Shown piece by piece: positions 51,523 through 60,145 of a stretch of DNA of 64,000 nucleotides (position 1 is its first letter; each line of letters starts with the position of its first letter). Location: IMG/VR virus record IMGVR_UViG_3300032251_000002, positions 1-64,000 of that record; one strand, given 5' to 3'. A program made the position numbers and the translations under genes. Below the pieces are notes generated by a model. It searched no databases, was not told the DNA's origin, and worked only from the letters and a program-made list of their open reading frames with translations. This DNA comes from a virus.

Positions 51523-52012
51523 TATCTTCTACTCCTAACTCGTTGTCTAAAATTAAGTCAAATAATTTCATTTTACATAATTGTATGATATCATCTTTCT
51601 TAGAAAATGATGCTCTAGTTAACTTAAATTCAGTTACTTTAGTCTCATCTTTTTTAAATGAAAATGAAGAATCTGGTGGATTTAAAAATGAAGCTGGTAC
51701 ACCCAATGCATTTGCCATTTGTTGATTGAAATTCTGTGTAAGTTTCTTAAAAGCTTCTTTACTATACACTCTTCCATTTCTATTAGGTTGGTTAGCAGGT
51801 TGAGACATTACAGCAATACTATCAAGTACTACCATTTCAGGCTCTTTCTTTGGTTTTGGATATGCATAAAAAGTTATAGTATCATTATTAACTCTTGTAG
51901 AAGCACTTACTCTAATATTATTCTCATTACAAAATTGCTTAACGATTTTAATCTTTTTAGCATAACATTTCTTATTAGAATTTGGTATACGTTTATTGTC
52001 TTTAGGAAACAT
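51515..52012 (-). CDS. motif-mosaic protein A (RecA-, prohead protease- and portal-like peptides in the loop)
   Basis: paralog of 52485..53000 at both ends; loop contains MVVLDSIAVM, QPNRNGRVYS, MANALGVPASFL. Confidence 0.75.
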   Translation of the reverse strand: MFPKDNKRIPNSNKKCYAKKIKIVKQFCNENNIRVSASTRVNNDTITFYAYPKPKKEPEMVVLDSIAVMSQPANQPNRNGRVYSKEAFKKLTQNFNQQMANALGVPASFLNPPDSSFSFKKDETKVTEFKLTRASFSKKDDIIQLCKMKLFDLILDNELGVEDNG

Positions 52013-52020
52013 ATAACCTC

Positions 52021-52485
52021 CTATTCTTTTATTAAACCATACTTAATTAATAAATCCAATGACAATTGAGTTGCTTCAAATATCTCCATAGATTTCATTT
52101 CATTTAAAGAGAACCATCCTATCTCATCTACTTCTCCTTCAGCTGGAATAAGGTGACTTGAATCTTTAACTTGTACTGCAAAAGCATAATCATCATACTC
52201 ACCATCAAAGTAGTTTCCAAGGAATGTACAAGCATATACTATAAGACCACACTCTTCAAGTACTTCTCTTATAATAGCTGCTCTAGGTGTTTCACCTACA
52301 TCACATTTACCACCCATTAATCCCCAACTACCAGCACCCTTTCTAGGTAAACCTTTAGAGTTTATTGCACTCCTTTTACCTAATAAATACTTTCCATTTC
52401 TTCTAATTATTGCACATGTACCTATTTTTGTTTCTCCACCTTCATAGATAATTAAATCTTTACTTACATTTAATACTTGACTCAT
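52021..52485 (-). CDS. NUDIX hydrolase
   Basis: Nudix box GGKCDVGETPRAAIIREVLEECGL. Confidence 0.9.
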   Translation of the reverse strand: MSQVLNVSKDLIIYEGGETKIGTCAIIRRNGKYLLGKRSAINSKGLPRKGAGSWGLMGGKCDVGETPRAAIIREVLEECGLIVYACTFLGNYFDGEYDDYAFAVQVKDSSHLIPAEGEVDEIGWFSLNEMKSMEIFEATQLSLDLLIKYGLIKE

Positions 52486-53000
52486 TATATAACTCCTTCT
52501 ATAGATAACTCCATTATTCTAGATTTAAACATACTTAATATTTTCTTACGCTTTAACTCAGAAACATTCTGTATAACTATTTTATGTAGAACTTGTGATG
52601 TACTTCTACCAAAGTTAAAAAGTTGCACATCATCTATAAAATCTCCATCAAAATCACCACCAGACAAACTTGCCCAATTTGGATATAATTTAGATACATC
52701 TGGCATACTGAATTCATCAATTATAATAGTACCTAATTTACGACCATTAGACTTTTTATTCTCTTTTAAATTAAGTACAGTGCTATTTTTAGAGTACTTT
52801 AAACTGTTACCACCAGGTATGAACTTAGGTTTAGTCTCTTTCTTCTTAAGTATTTTTACAACTATAGTATCTCCATCAATATTTATACTAGTAGTTACTC
52901 TCAACCCTTGAGACTTAGCAAACCCTTTCAGAGTACTGGCTTTATTCTTATATTCTTGCTCTTTACTACTAATCCTATTGTCAGTATTCTTTGGGAACAT
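52485..53000 (-). CDS. motif-mosaic protein B (RecA-, Walker B-, PolB- and RNAP-like peptides in the loop)
   Basis: paralog of 51515..52012; loop contains IPGGNSLKY, GRKLGTIIIDEF, DVSKLYPN, GGDFDGD, FIDDVQLF. Confidence 0.75.
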   Translation of the reverse strand: MFPKNTDNRISSKEQEYKNKASTLKGFAKSQGLRVTTSINIDGDTIVVKILKKKETKPKFIPGGNSLKYSKNSTVLNLKENKKSNGRKLGTIIIDEFSMPDVSKLYPNWASLSGGDFDGDFIDDVQLFNFGRSTSQVLHKIVIQNVSELKRKKILSMFKSRIMELSIEGVI

Positions 53001-53011
53001 ACTAAACCTCC

Positions 53012-53356
53012 TTATTTAATTTCAAGTTTATGTTTTTCTTTAAATGTTTTAAATGTACTAGCTTTTTCATTGAACTGATGAATTTTAATAAGAGCCTTCT
53101 CAATTATTTCCACCATTCTAGATTCTTCATTAACTGATGTAGATTGAATGACTGTAATTTGAACGTGGTCTTTAGTTAACAACTCATAAAGATATTCATT
53201 CTTTCCACCTCTTAGTGTTGTTTTAAATATTACTTCTTTAAAATAATAATCATTATTTTCATGAGTAAATTTAATAATCTTATCATTATGTCTAATTACA
53301 TACCCTAGAAATGTTGATGTCATTATATCTACAATTTTTTTATTTAAGTTGAACAT
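53012..53356 (-). CDS. hypothetical protein
   Basis: ORF with RBS. Confidence 0.6.
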   Translation of the reverse strand: MFNLNKKIVDIMTSTFLGYVIRHNDKIIKFTHENNDYYFKEVIFKTTLRGGKNEYLYELLTKDHVQITVIQSTSVNEESRMVEIIEKALIKIHQFNEKASTFKTFKEKHKLEIK

Positions 53357-53415
53357 ATACCTTTCCTTTCAAATTAAAATAGAGAAAGACTCAAAACGAG
53401 TCTTTCCCATATTTA

Positions 53416-55380
53416 TTATTCATCTACTACTTCCATACCTATAGTTTTCATATAAATATCAAATATCATTTTAGTTCTACTTGACTCTCCTGTCTGTGGT
53501 ATCTTCTCAAGGTTAAAGATATCATCAGTAAGTAAATGTTTAATTACTTCCTGTCTATCTTCTTGATTGATTGAATACTGTGACATAAGTCTTATTACAT
53601 TCTTAATATCATTAGTTAAGAATAAGTTAGTTAATTCCATCTCACCAATTCTTACAGGTGTCTTTGTATACAGAGATTGATGTAACTTAAATCTTGTAGA
53701 CTTAGATGGAATGTTCTTTAAGTTAACATAACTAGAACTTCTAGCTGAGAACTTAGATTTTGGTTCATGTTTCAATTTTAAGAAGTATAAATCTCCCATG
53801 ATAAGAGGTTGAATAATCTTCTTTCCTCCTACAGACATAGAATATGGTTTAAACTGTGGATACTTCTTATATAGTTCCCCTAATTGGTCAAAGGTTATAT
53901 TATTGAAGAAAGGTGATTGATGTATGAATATACCATCTTCAAATATATCTTCCCAGAATTCAACAGTTTCATCTTCATCTAATTCATTATAATAATCTAC
54001 CATGAAATCATGTTGAACTTCATTTGCAGAGTTAATATAATCGAAGAACAGTTCAGTCATCTCATCAATACTTTCTTCAGTATTAATATCCCATAACTTT
54101 TTACATTCTCTCTGAATATTGTCAGATAAGAAGTTAATTTCTTGCTCATACATTTGAGAAGGATTAAGTCTGTTAATAATACCTAATGGATTAAGAACAA
54201 CATCTGCTCTTTCACCAAATTCATTAACTGGCATTTCATCATCTGGTAGAATTAAAGATACACATCCTTTATTACCATATCTACCTGTTAATTTACTACC
54301 AATTACTAATGGTTGCTCATACAATACTTTGAATTTAATAATTAAGTTATCAAAGTCAGAACCTTCATACTTCCAGTTAACATCTTCACTAATAATTTCT
54401 TTTGCTCTAGTATAGATATAACCAGCATCATCAGAGTAGTTTCCACCTTCAATAATAGGTTCTAATACTCTAACTATTTCTTCATAGTATGCTGTATTTT
54501 CTTGGTGATACTTTAGTATCTGTGAATGATACATGTGTTTTTCTAATCTCTCATTAGTTGTATTACAGAATATATCTATATCAACTATAGTTCCTTTTGA
54601 GTAGAAAGGTGTGTCTGTAGAATAATTTACTTTCATTAAATTCTGAACTGAACCATCATAAAGTATACTATCGTAGTTAATTCTTCTTCTTGAGGAAACT
54701 ATTGAATTAACAATATCTTCTCCAATATCTGGGAAACATTTGTAATTATCTTTATCTCCATACAGATTACATAACATGTCATTTGTATTTAGAGTGATAA
54801 CTACGTCATCAACTGTAAATGAAGATAAACGGTCTCTAGCAGATTCTGAAACCACTATTGCATCCTCATAAGTCATATTTTTCCAAGGAAGATATACTGA
54901 TTTAAGATTAAGACCAAAACCAAAGTTTAAATCTTTATCATAAGCAGTACTTCTAAAGATGACATCTTCATCAGCAATTCCATCACCAACTTCTTTACCT
55001 TTTAAGCCATCATTCTCTAAAGTGTAACCATATCTTTCAGTTACTCTCTCACATGGCTTTTCATAGACTACGTCTACTAGTCCATTCTCATCTTGAAGTA
55101 CAAATAGTGAATTCATTGCATTCTTATTAATCTTAGCAATAATATTCCAATCTCTATCCGACTTTCTATAAGATGAACTATATTTTCCTACCATGTTTTC
55201 AAAATTAGTAAATACTCTAGCTCGTTGAGTATCCTTTAATACTAATGATTGAACTACATGAGAGTCAAACATATTGGTTCTACTGGAATCAGTTTTATCT
55301 ACATTGGGAATTAAGACTTCTTCTGCAAGAAAATCATGTTTATTATCAAACTTTCCAATGTCTACCACCTTTGTTTCCAT
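53416..55380 (-). CDS. RNAP beta-like C-terminal subunit (probably non-virion RNAP)
   Basis: TYEDAIVVSES, GSKLTGRYGNKG, NPLGIINRLN, LKLKH, RIGEME; early-type promoter at 55418..55433. Confidence 0.92.
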   Translation of the reverse strand: METKVVDIGKFDNKHDFLAEEVLIPNVDKTDSSRTNMFDSHVVQSLVLKDTQRARVFTNFENMVGKYSSSYRKSDRDWNIIAKINKNAMNSLFVLQDENGLVDVVYEKPCERVTERYGYTLENDGLKGKEVGDGIADEDVIFRSTAYDKDLNFGFGLNLKSVYLPWKNMTYEDAIVVSESARDRLSSFTVDDVVITLNTNDMLCNLYGDKDNYKCFPDIGEDIVNSIVSSRRRINYDSILYDGSVQNLMKVNYSTDTPFYSKGTIVDIDIFCNTTNERLEKHMYHSQILKYHQENTAYYEEIVRVLEPIIEGGNYSDDAGYIYTRAKEIISEDVNWKYEGSDFDNLIIKFKVLYEQPLVIGSKLTGRYGNKGCVSLILPDDEMPVNEFGERADVVLNPLGIINRLNPSQMYEQEINFLSDNIQRECKKLWDINTEESIDEMTELFFDYINSANEVQHDFMVDYYNELDEDETVEFWEDIFEDGIFIHQSPFFNNITFDQLGELYKKYPQFKPYSMSVGGKKIIQPLIMGDLYFLKLKHEPKSKFSARSSSYVNLKNIPSKSTRFKLHQSLYTKTPVRIGEMELTNLFLTNDIKNVIRLMSQYSINQEDRQEVIKHLLTDDIFNLEKIPQTGESSRTKMIFDIYMKTIGMEVVDE

Positions 55381-55417
55381 ACATTGCCCTCCTTATTTTG
55401 TATAAATTTTTGTCATA

Positions 55418-55433
55418 GCTATAATATATACTT
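55418..55433 (-). promoter_or_regulatory. early-type promoter
   Basis: AAGTATATATTATAGC, identical to 49146..49161. Confidence 0.7.
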
Positions 55434-55482
55434 ATAAAATGAACTAGCTGAAAGGAGATAGTCTCCCTTCAGCCAATTTAAA

Positions 55483-56757
55483 TTATTCTACTTCAACCCA
55501 ATCTTCACCATCTTTGTAAACTTGAGTGTAATCACCATCTTCTTCATACCAGAAGTCTCCATCACCATCTCTGTAAACATTGTTCTCAGAGTCAATAAGT
55601 TTTAATTCACCATCATCACTTTCTGGTAGCTCATTAAGATACTTCTTGTATAATTCTGCAACATCTTTATCAAATGCTTTTCTAAATTCTGGTACAGTAT
55701 TGTACTTCTCTACAACTAACTTTTGAGAGAACTTAACTGTAGGAAGTGAATGTAAGTAATAACTTCTACCTGCACCACCAATAAGCTTAGCATCTTTAAG
55801 ATTTACATAGTTAGTAAGAATATTATTGATACCATTCTTTTGTTCAAATACCATTTTGAAAGTAAGACCAGCAGCATTACTTCTAGACTTAACTAAGATA
55901 CCTGTCATATAGAAACCTTTAACACCAAATTCTTTATCTTCTTCAAGTTTAGAACTTGCTTCTAACTTAACAAGTGTATTTGATAAGTAAGTAACTGCTT
56001 TACCACCAGGGATAGAGTCATCTTGCTTAAGGTAGTTTACTTGAGCTTTTGTCTTAGCGAAACCAATTTCAATCTTCTTAGTTAAATGATTAACTAACAT
56101 AAGAATGATATTACCATCTTCCATTGGAGACATAACTCTTTTAAATACGTTTGTATTAACTTTTGCAATAGCTGCAGCACCCATAGAACCCTTCATTTCT
56201 TCAGAGTCTTCAATATCCTTTGGTGCAATTAATGCAACAGAGTCTACTAAGAAAATTGTAGGTGGTAATGCATAAATGATATTACCATCTTCATCAGTAG
56301 CACCAGTGTCTACTTTTAAAGCTTCATAATTCTCTTGCTTAATCTTTGCAATTGCCTTAACACCATCAAATAGTGATTCAGCATAGATGTTTTTTGTTAA
56401 ATGAATGTACTTGTTCTTAAACTTTTCTTTACTCCATCCAGTTAAAGCCATAACTCTTTCTGGTGAAGTCGCTCTCTCAAAGTCATAATGGAAAATAGTT
56501 GATTCATCAAATTGGTCTGCAATAGCACATGCTTGTTGAATAAGTTTAGTAGTTTTACCTACACCTGATTCTGCAATTGCCATGTATGCTTTACCTGCAG
56601 GTAAACCTAGTGAAATACCACCATCAGCATCATGTTTACCATTAATGTAATCGAAGATATCAATTCCTGTTCTGTAATAAGGTGTATATTCACACTCACT
56701 ACCAAAGTCTTCCTTCTTCATTGCTTCTCTAAATTGACCCATTAAAATATTAGACAT
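55483..56757 (-). CDS. RecA/UvsX-like recombinase
   Basis: ATG at 56757; Walker A AESGVGKTT, YDFE, Walker B FLVDSVA, VNH, IPGGKAVTY; late promoter at 56792..56803. Confidence 0.88.
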   Translation of the reverse strand: MSNILMGQFREAMKKEDFGSECEYTPYYRTGIDIFDYINGKHDADGGISLGLPAGKAYMAIAESGVGKTTKLIQQACAIADQFDESTIFHYDFERATSPERVMALTGWSKEKFKNKYIHLTKNIYAESLFDGVKAIAKIKQENYEALKVDTGATDEDGNIIYALPPTIFLVDSVALIAPKDIEDSEEMKGSMGAAAIAKVNTNVFKRVMSPMEDGNIILMLVNHLTKKIEIGFAKTKAQVNYLKQDDSIPGGKAVTYLSNTLVKLEASSKLEEDKEFGVKGFYMTGILVKSRSNAAGLTFKMVFEQKNGINNILTNYVNLKDAKLIGGAGRSYYLHSLPTVKFSQKLVVEKYNTVPEFRKAFDKDVAELYKKYLNELPESDDGELKLIDSENNVYRDGDGDFWYEEDGDYTQVYKDGEDWVEVE

Positions 56758-56973
56758 ATTATAATTCCTCCTTAGTTTATATGCTTTCATCTAATTACAT
56801 GTTACATTAAAATTTAAAATAAAAAAAAATCTTATTCCATCAACGTAAAAGTAAAAATTAAAGAATTGTTTAATCGTATTTTAAACAATTAAATAGTGGT
56901 TGGTACTTTTAGCTTTTTTTATCTTATTGGCAATTAGTATGTCTTAAGTGTTACCTCCGTTTTATATAATAAT

Positions 56974-57006
56974 GCACCCTAATTCCTTGTTGGCGGAATT
57001 AGGGTG
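56974..57006. terminator. bidirectional terminator
   Basis: CACCCTAATTCC/GGAATTAGGGTG. Confidence 0.75.
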
Positions 57007-57022
57007 TGTTATTTCGTTCTTG

Positions 57023-57142
57023 TTATTTTGCACCAAAGGCAGCCATAGTACCATCTTCAGTCATCATACTTTTTTCTAACTCTTCACGAGTAGGCTTTTT
57101 AACCTCTTCTTTTTTAACTTCTTTAACATTATCTTTCTTCAT
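57023..57142 (-). CDS. 39-aa charged peptide, absent from the ORF track
   Basis: MKKDNVKEVKKEEVKKPTREELEKSMMTEDGTMAAFGAK with AAGGAG RBS. Confidence 0.55.
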   Translation of the reverse strand: MKKDNVKEVKKEEVKKPTREELEKSMMTEDGTMAAFGAK

Positions 57143-57155
57143 AAGATTCTCCTTC

Positions 57156-57470
57156 CTATTTTGTTTTAAGATATGCACAATCTCTCATTAATCTACTAAA
57201 ATATAGTGGGTCTTCATTTTCTAATTCAGTTATGGTAGATATTTTATCATCCACAACTCCCTCAACAATTCCAGTAATGTCATAATAAATACCCTCATAT
57301 CTAACCATAAAATGATTATCTATGTTATCATGAACTATTTCAGTAAATCTAAATATATTATGCAAGATTATTGCAAAGTGATAACAGTTGCCTTGAGTAA
57401 ATAGTTTCTCAGTTTCTTCAACATTAAATCCTTTTTTAAAATTATTAACGAATATTATTATATCCTTCAT
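57156..57470 (-). CDS. hypothetical protein with a Cys-His-Asp triad pattern
   Basis: GNCYHFA, HFMV, YYDITG. Confidence 0.55.
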   Translation of the reverse strand: MKDIIIFVNNFKKGFNVEETEKLFTQGNCYHFAIILHNIFRFTEIVHDNIDNHFMVRYEGIYYDITGIVEGVVDDKISTITELENEDPLYFSRLMRDCAYLKTK

Positions 57471-57832
57471 TATAATTCCCTCAATCCAACTTTATTACCA
57501 CTTACAAACATTTGAAATGAAACTCCACTATACTCATCTACCATAACATTCTTAGTAGCATCAACATTATCAATTTGAGTTTGAAGATTACTAGTTGTTG
57601 ATTGTAAAGTATCTATCGATGTTTGCTGATTTCCTTGAACTAGTAAAAGATTATTAATACTGGTCTGGAAACTACTTTGTGTAGATTTAAGAACATCTAT
57701 ATCTAATTGTTGAGCATCTTGAATTGATTTATTAGTGTTAATTAGAGCTCTGTTATCAATTGAGAAATCTACAGTTGTATTAAGGTCTAATTCAAGTTTG
57801 AGCAGACCCTTAACTTGTGACTTTTCTAACAT
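57470..57832 (-). CDS. coiled-coil protein, probably tail-fibre associated
   Basis: Q/T/S heptad repeats; context. Confidence 0.45.
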   Translation of the reverse strand: MLEKSQVKGLLKLELDLNTTVDFSIDNRALINTNKSIQDAQQLDIDVLKSTQSSFQTSINNLLLVQGNQQTSIDTLQSTTSNLQTQIDNVDATKNVMVDEYSGVSFQMFVSGNKVGLREL

Positions 57833-58371
57833 TAAATCACCCTTCCTATTTTACGTTCATACTCCTTTCCAAATATTAAACATTTGTAAACTTGTACAAA
57901 TCGTAATGGTTTTTCTTCATTGAACCAATCCCATCTAAATAGATTACCTAAATAAATAATTAATGGTGCAAAGATTATTGTCCATAACAGAATAAACGGT
58001 AATGAAATTTGTCCCATTACATGCATTGGAATACTTAAATCACCTAGATTTAGGTACATTCCAGAATAATCCCATACATCTAACTTGAGCATTAAATTCA
58101 CCACAATGCCTACAAAGAACTCTAGAACAGTAATTGTTATTGAAATTATGACTACTTCAGTTCTAACGGATAATTTAAATCCTTTAAACTCATCTAATAA
58201 ATCACCTATAACAAAACATATACCACCAGTTACAGCCATTGTCCAATGACTATCTCCATCATAAAGTATCTCCATTGCATAGTAAACGATACCACCTACT
58301 ATGAATAACATTAATGCTTTTAATAATTCTCTTATTAATTTATTCTTTACTTGTTTCATGTGTTGAACCAC
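57832..58371 (-). CDS. four-TM membrane protein
   Basis: GGIVYYAMEIL...SHWTM..GG, VWDYS, GQISL. Confidence 0.7.
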   Translation of the reverse strand: MVQHMKQVKNKLIRELLKALMLFIVGGIVYYAMEILYDGDSHWTMAVTGGICFVIGDLLDEFKGFKLSVRTEVVIISITITVLEFFVGIVVNLMLKLDVWDYSGMYLNLGDLSIPMHVMGQISLPFILLWTIIFAPLIIYLGNLFRWDWFNEEKPLRFVQVYKCLIFGKEYERKIGRVI

Positions 58372-58382
58372 CTTTCAAAATT

Positions 58383-58961
58383 CTACAACCCCTGTGTTAT
58401 TTCTAGACCTTGCATTTCTGCTAAAAGACCCATATTGAAAGCTGTTTCTTCGTCAGTTAAAGGAAGTCCATAATAAATTGCATTAACTTCTTCTTTACTG
58501 ACACATTTCATAACTCTTCCTTGTAAACTTTCACAATACAATCTACATGATAAAAAGAAACCTTTTAACTCTGTAAAGAATAAACTAAATTCTTCATAAG
58601 TCCAAATATCATGTTGAGTTGAATTGTTATCATGCCATAGTGCTTTTACAATATCTGTTGGTCCAAGAGGAACACCAGCTAATGTCTTTTGTCTTCCAGA
58701 TTCTAATGCAACCATCTGTTCTGAAGCATCTGAAATTGTATCTTGCATTTCATTATTAAATATAGAGTATCTTCTAGGTTCTCCATACTTAACACTACTT
58801 TCAAATCCAGCTTCTAACTGTGCTAGCTTTGAATAAGCTAACTCATTATACTTCTGCATTCTTAATTGGTCTAAAGTTAAATCTATAAGCTCATTATCAA
58901 GAATAGTTATCTTTGTAACGTTCTTACCATCAACTTCAATTATTTCGGTATTAGTATACAT
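58383..58961 (-). CDS. probable tail-fibre assembly protein (DUF4376-like)
   Basis: C-terminal SKEEVNAIYYG; context. Confidence 0.4.
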   Translation of the reverse strand: MYTNTEIIEVDGKNVTKITILDNELIDLTLDQLRMQKYNELAYSKLAQLEAGFESSVKYGEPRRYSIFNNEMQDTISDASEQMVALESGRQKTLAGVPLGPTDIVKALWHDNNSTQHDIWTYEEFSLFFTELKGFFLSCRLYCESLQGRVMKCVSKEEVNAIYYGLPLTDEETAFNMGLLAEMQGLEITQGL

Positions 58962-58975
58962 AGTAACTCTCCTTT

Positions 58976-59380
58976 CTAAATAACTTCAAATTCTATTGAG
59001 TTTGATGTAAGATTAACATCAGGTGACGTTACTTCTACAACAAATATGCCAGTTTTTTGAGATACCATATTAATACAGAATGAATTGTCTTCTGGTGCTA
59101 ATGCAACAGGTATTAACTGTAAATCTTCACTATCATCTTCTAGTATTTCTCTAATAATAACATTTAAAGAATCTAATGACGTTGAATTTTGAGTTGCAAT
59201 TGATACTCCGTCATCAACTAATATTTTTTTCTTAACGTTAACATCTATATCAATTATGTCTCCTTTAGATATAGTAATTAAATCATTAACATTTAATAAT
59301 TCAACAGAGTAACCAGTAGTATAAAAAACTTCTGAAGCTCCAGTTTTAACGTATATATCTCCATCTATTCTTACAAACAT
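58976..59380 (-). CDS. hypothetical beta-rich protein, probably tail associated
   Basis: context. Confidence 0.5.
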   Translation of the reverse strand: MFVRIDGDIYVKTGASEVFYTTGYSVELLNVNDLITISKGDIIDIDVNVKKKILVDDGVSIATQNSTSLDSLNVIIREILEDDSEDLQLIPVALAPEDNSFCINMVSQKTGIFVVEVTSPDVNLTSNSIEFEVI

Positions 59381-59384
59381 TCAA

Positions 59385-59975
59385 TTACCCCCTTTCATTA
59401 TATAATACAGAAATATTAGAGTTAAAAGGTTTACCTTTTTTTCCCCAAGCTTCAATCTTTAAACTCTCATTAAACTCAACAGGTGAGTTTATTAAGTAAA
59501 GTTCTGGGAAAGGACTAACTGTTGGTAGAAATTTACCATTTATCTTACTAAATGATGAGTATGTAACATACTTACTTATACTTCTATAATATCCACCAAC
59601 AATACTTTTATTATAATTATATGTACCTTGAGGAACTAATCCAATTAAACCACTATTGTTTCTAGAGTCAAATCTTAATTCAACTCCATCAATAGTTATA
59701 ATAACATTTGAATCTGATGTTCCTTCTGCCATAAAGTATGCAGAATTTATAACACCTTTAGCATTGGTTAGATTAACTAGTGTAGTCATATATGAACCAA
59801 AACCAATTCTACTTTGCAATGATAATTCATTGATAAATTTCTTTGTATTTACTACAACTTCATTTTCAATATTATCATGCATATTACTAACAGCTTGCTT
59901 AATCTCATCAGCAACTATTTTAGTTTGGTCTAGGGTTTCCTTATCAGCTATAAATATTATATCTCCCTTTGCCAT
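59385..59975 (-). CDS. probable tail-fibre-related protein
   Basis: IADKETLD N-terminus; IITIDG...PVEFNESLKIE C-terminal beta domain. Confidence 0.45.
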   Translation of the reverse strand: MAKGDIIFIADKETLDQTKIVADEIKQAVSNMHDNIENEVVVNTKKFINELSLQSRIGFGSYMTTLVNLTNAKGVINSAYFMAEGTSDSNVIITIDGVELRFDSRNNSGLIGLVPQGTYNYNKSIVGGYYRSISKYVTYSSFSKINGKFLPTVSPFPELYLINSPVEFNESLKIEAWGKKGKPFNSNISVLYNERG

Positions 59976-59989
59976 TTAAATACACCTCC

Positions 59990-60145
59990 TTATAATAAGT
60001 CAGCTAACTTATCAAAATCTTCCATTAAAGAATTCTCACTAAGAATTCCATCTTTTATTTCTTTTTTAACTTTTTTCTTACTTTTCATAGAGGTACTGTC
60101 AATCTTATTAGTATTGTCTACTATCTCTTTATCATTAGATTTCAC
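59990..60145 (-). CDS. 51-aa protein, absent from the ORF track
   Basis: GTG start after GGAGG; MKSNDKEIV...FDKLADLL fills the operon gap. Confidence 0.45.
   Translation of the reverse strand: MKSNDKEIVDNTNKIDSTSMKSKKKVKKEIKDGILSENSLMEDFDKLADLL

Noticed and set aside
52641-52670. Calling 52485..53000 an RNA polymerase subunit because of GGDFDGD
   Set aside because: 171 aa with no other beta' regions, and its paralog lacks the motif; treated as a mimic snippet
52854-52880. IDGDTIVVK as an SNase-motif mimic (cf. VDGDTIDV at 60932..61372)
   Set aside because: Aligns with VNNDTITFY in the paralog, so it is probably part of the scaffold
3946-55380. Group I introns or inteins in RNAP, polymerase or terminase genes
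   Set aside because: ORFs are continuous with motifs at expected spacing; no splice-junction or homing-endonuclease signatures seen
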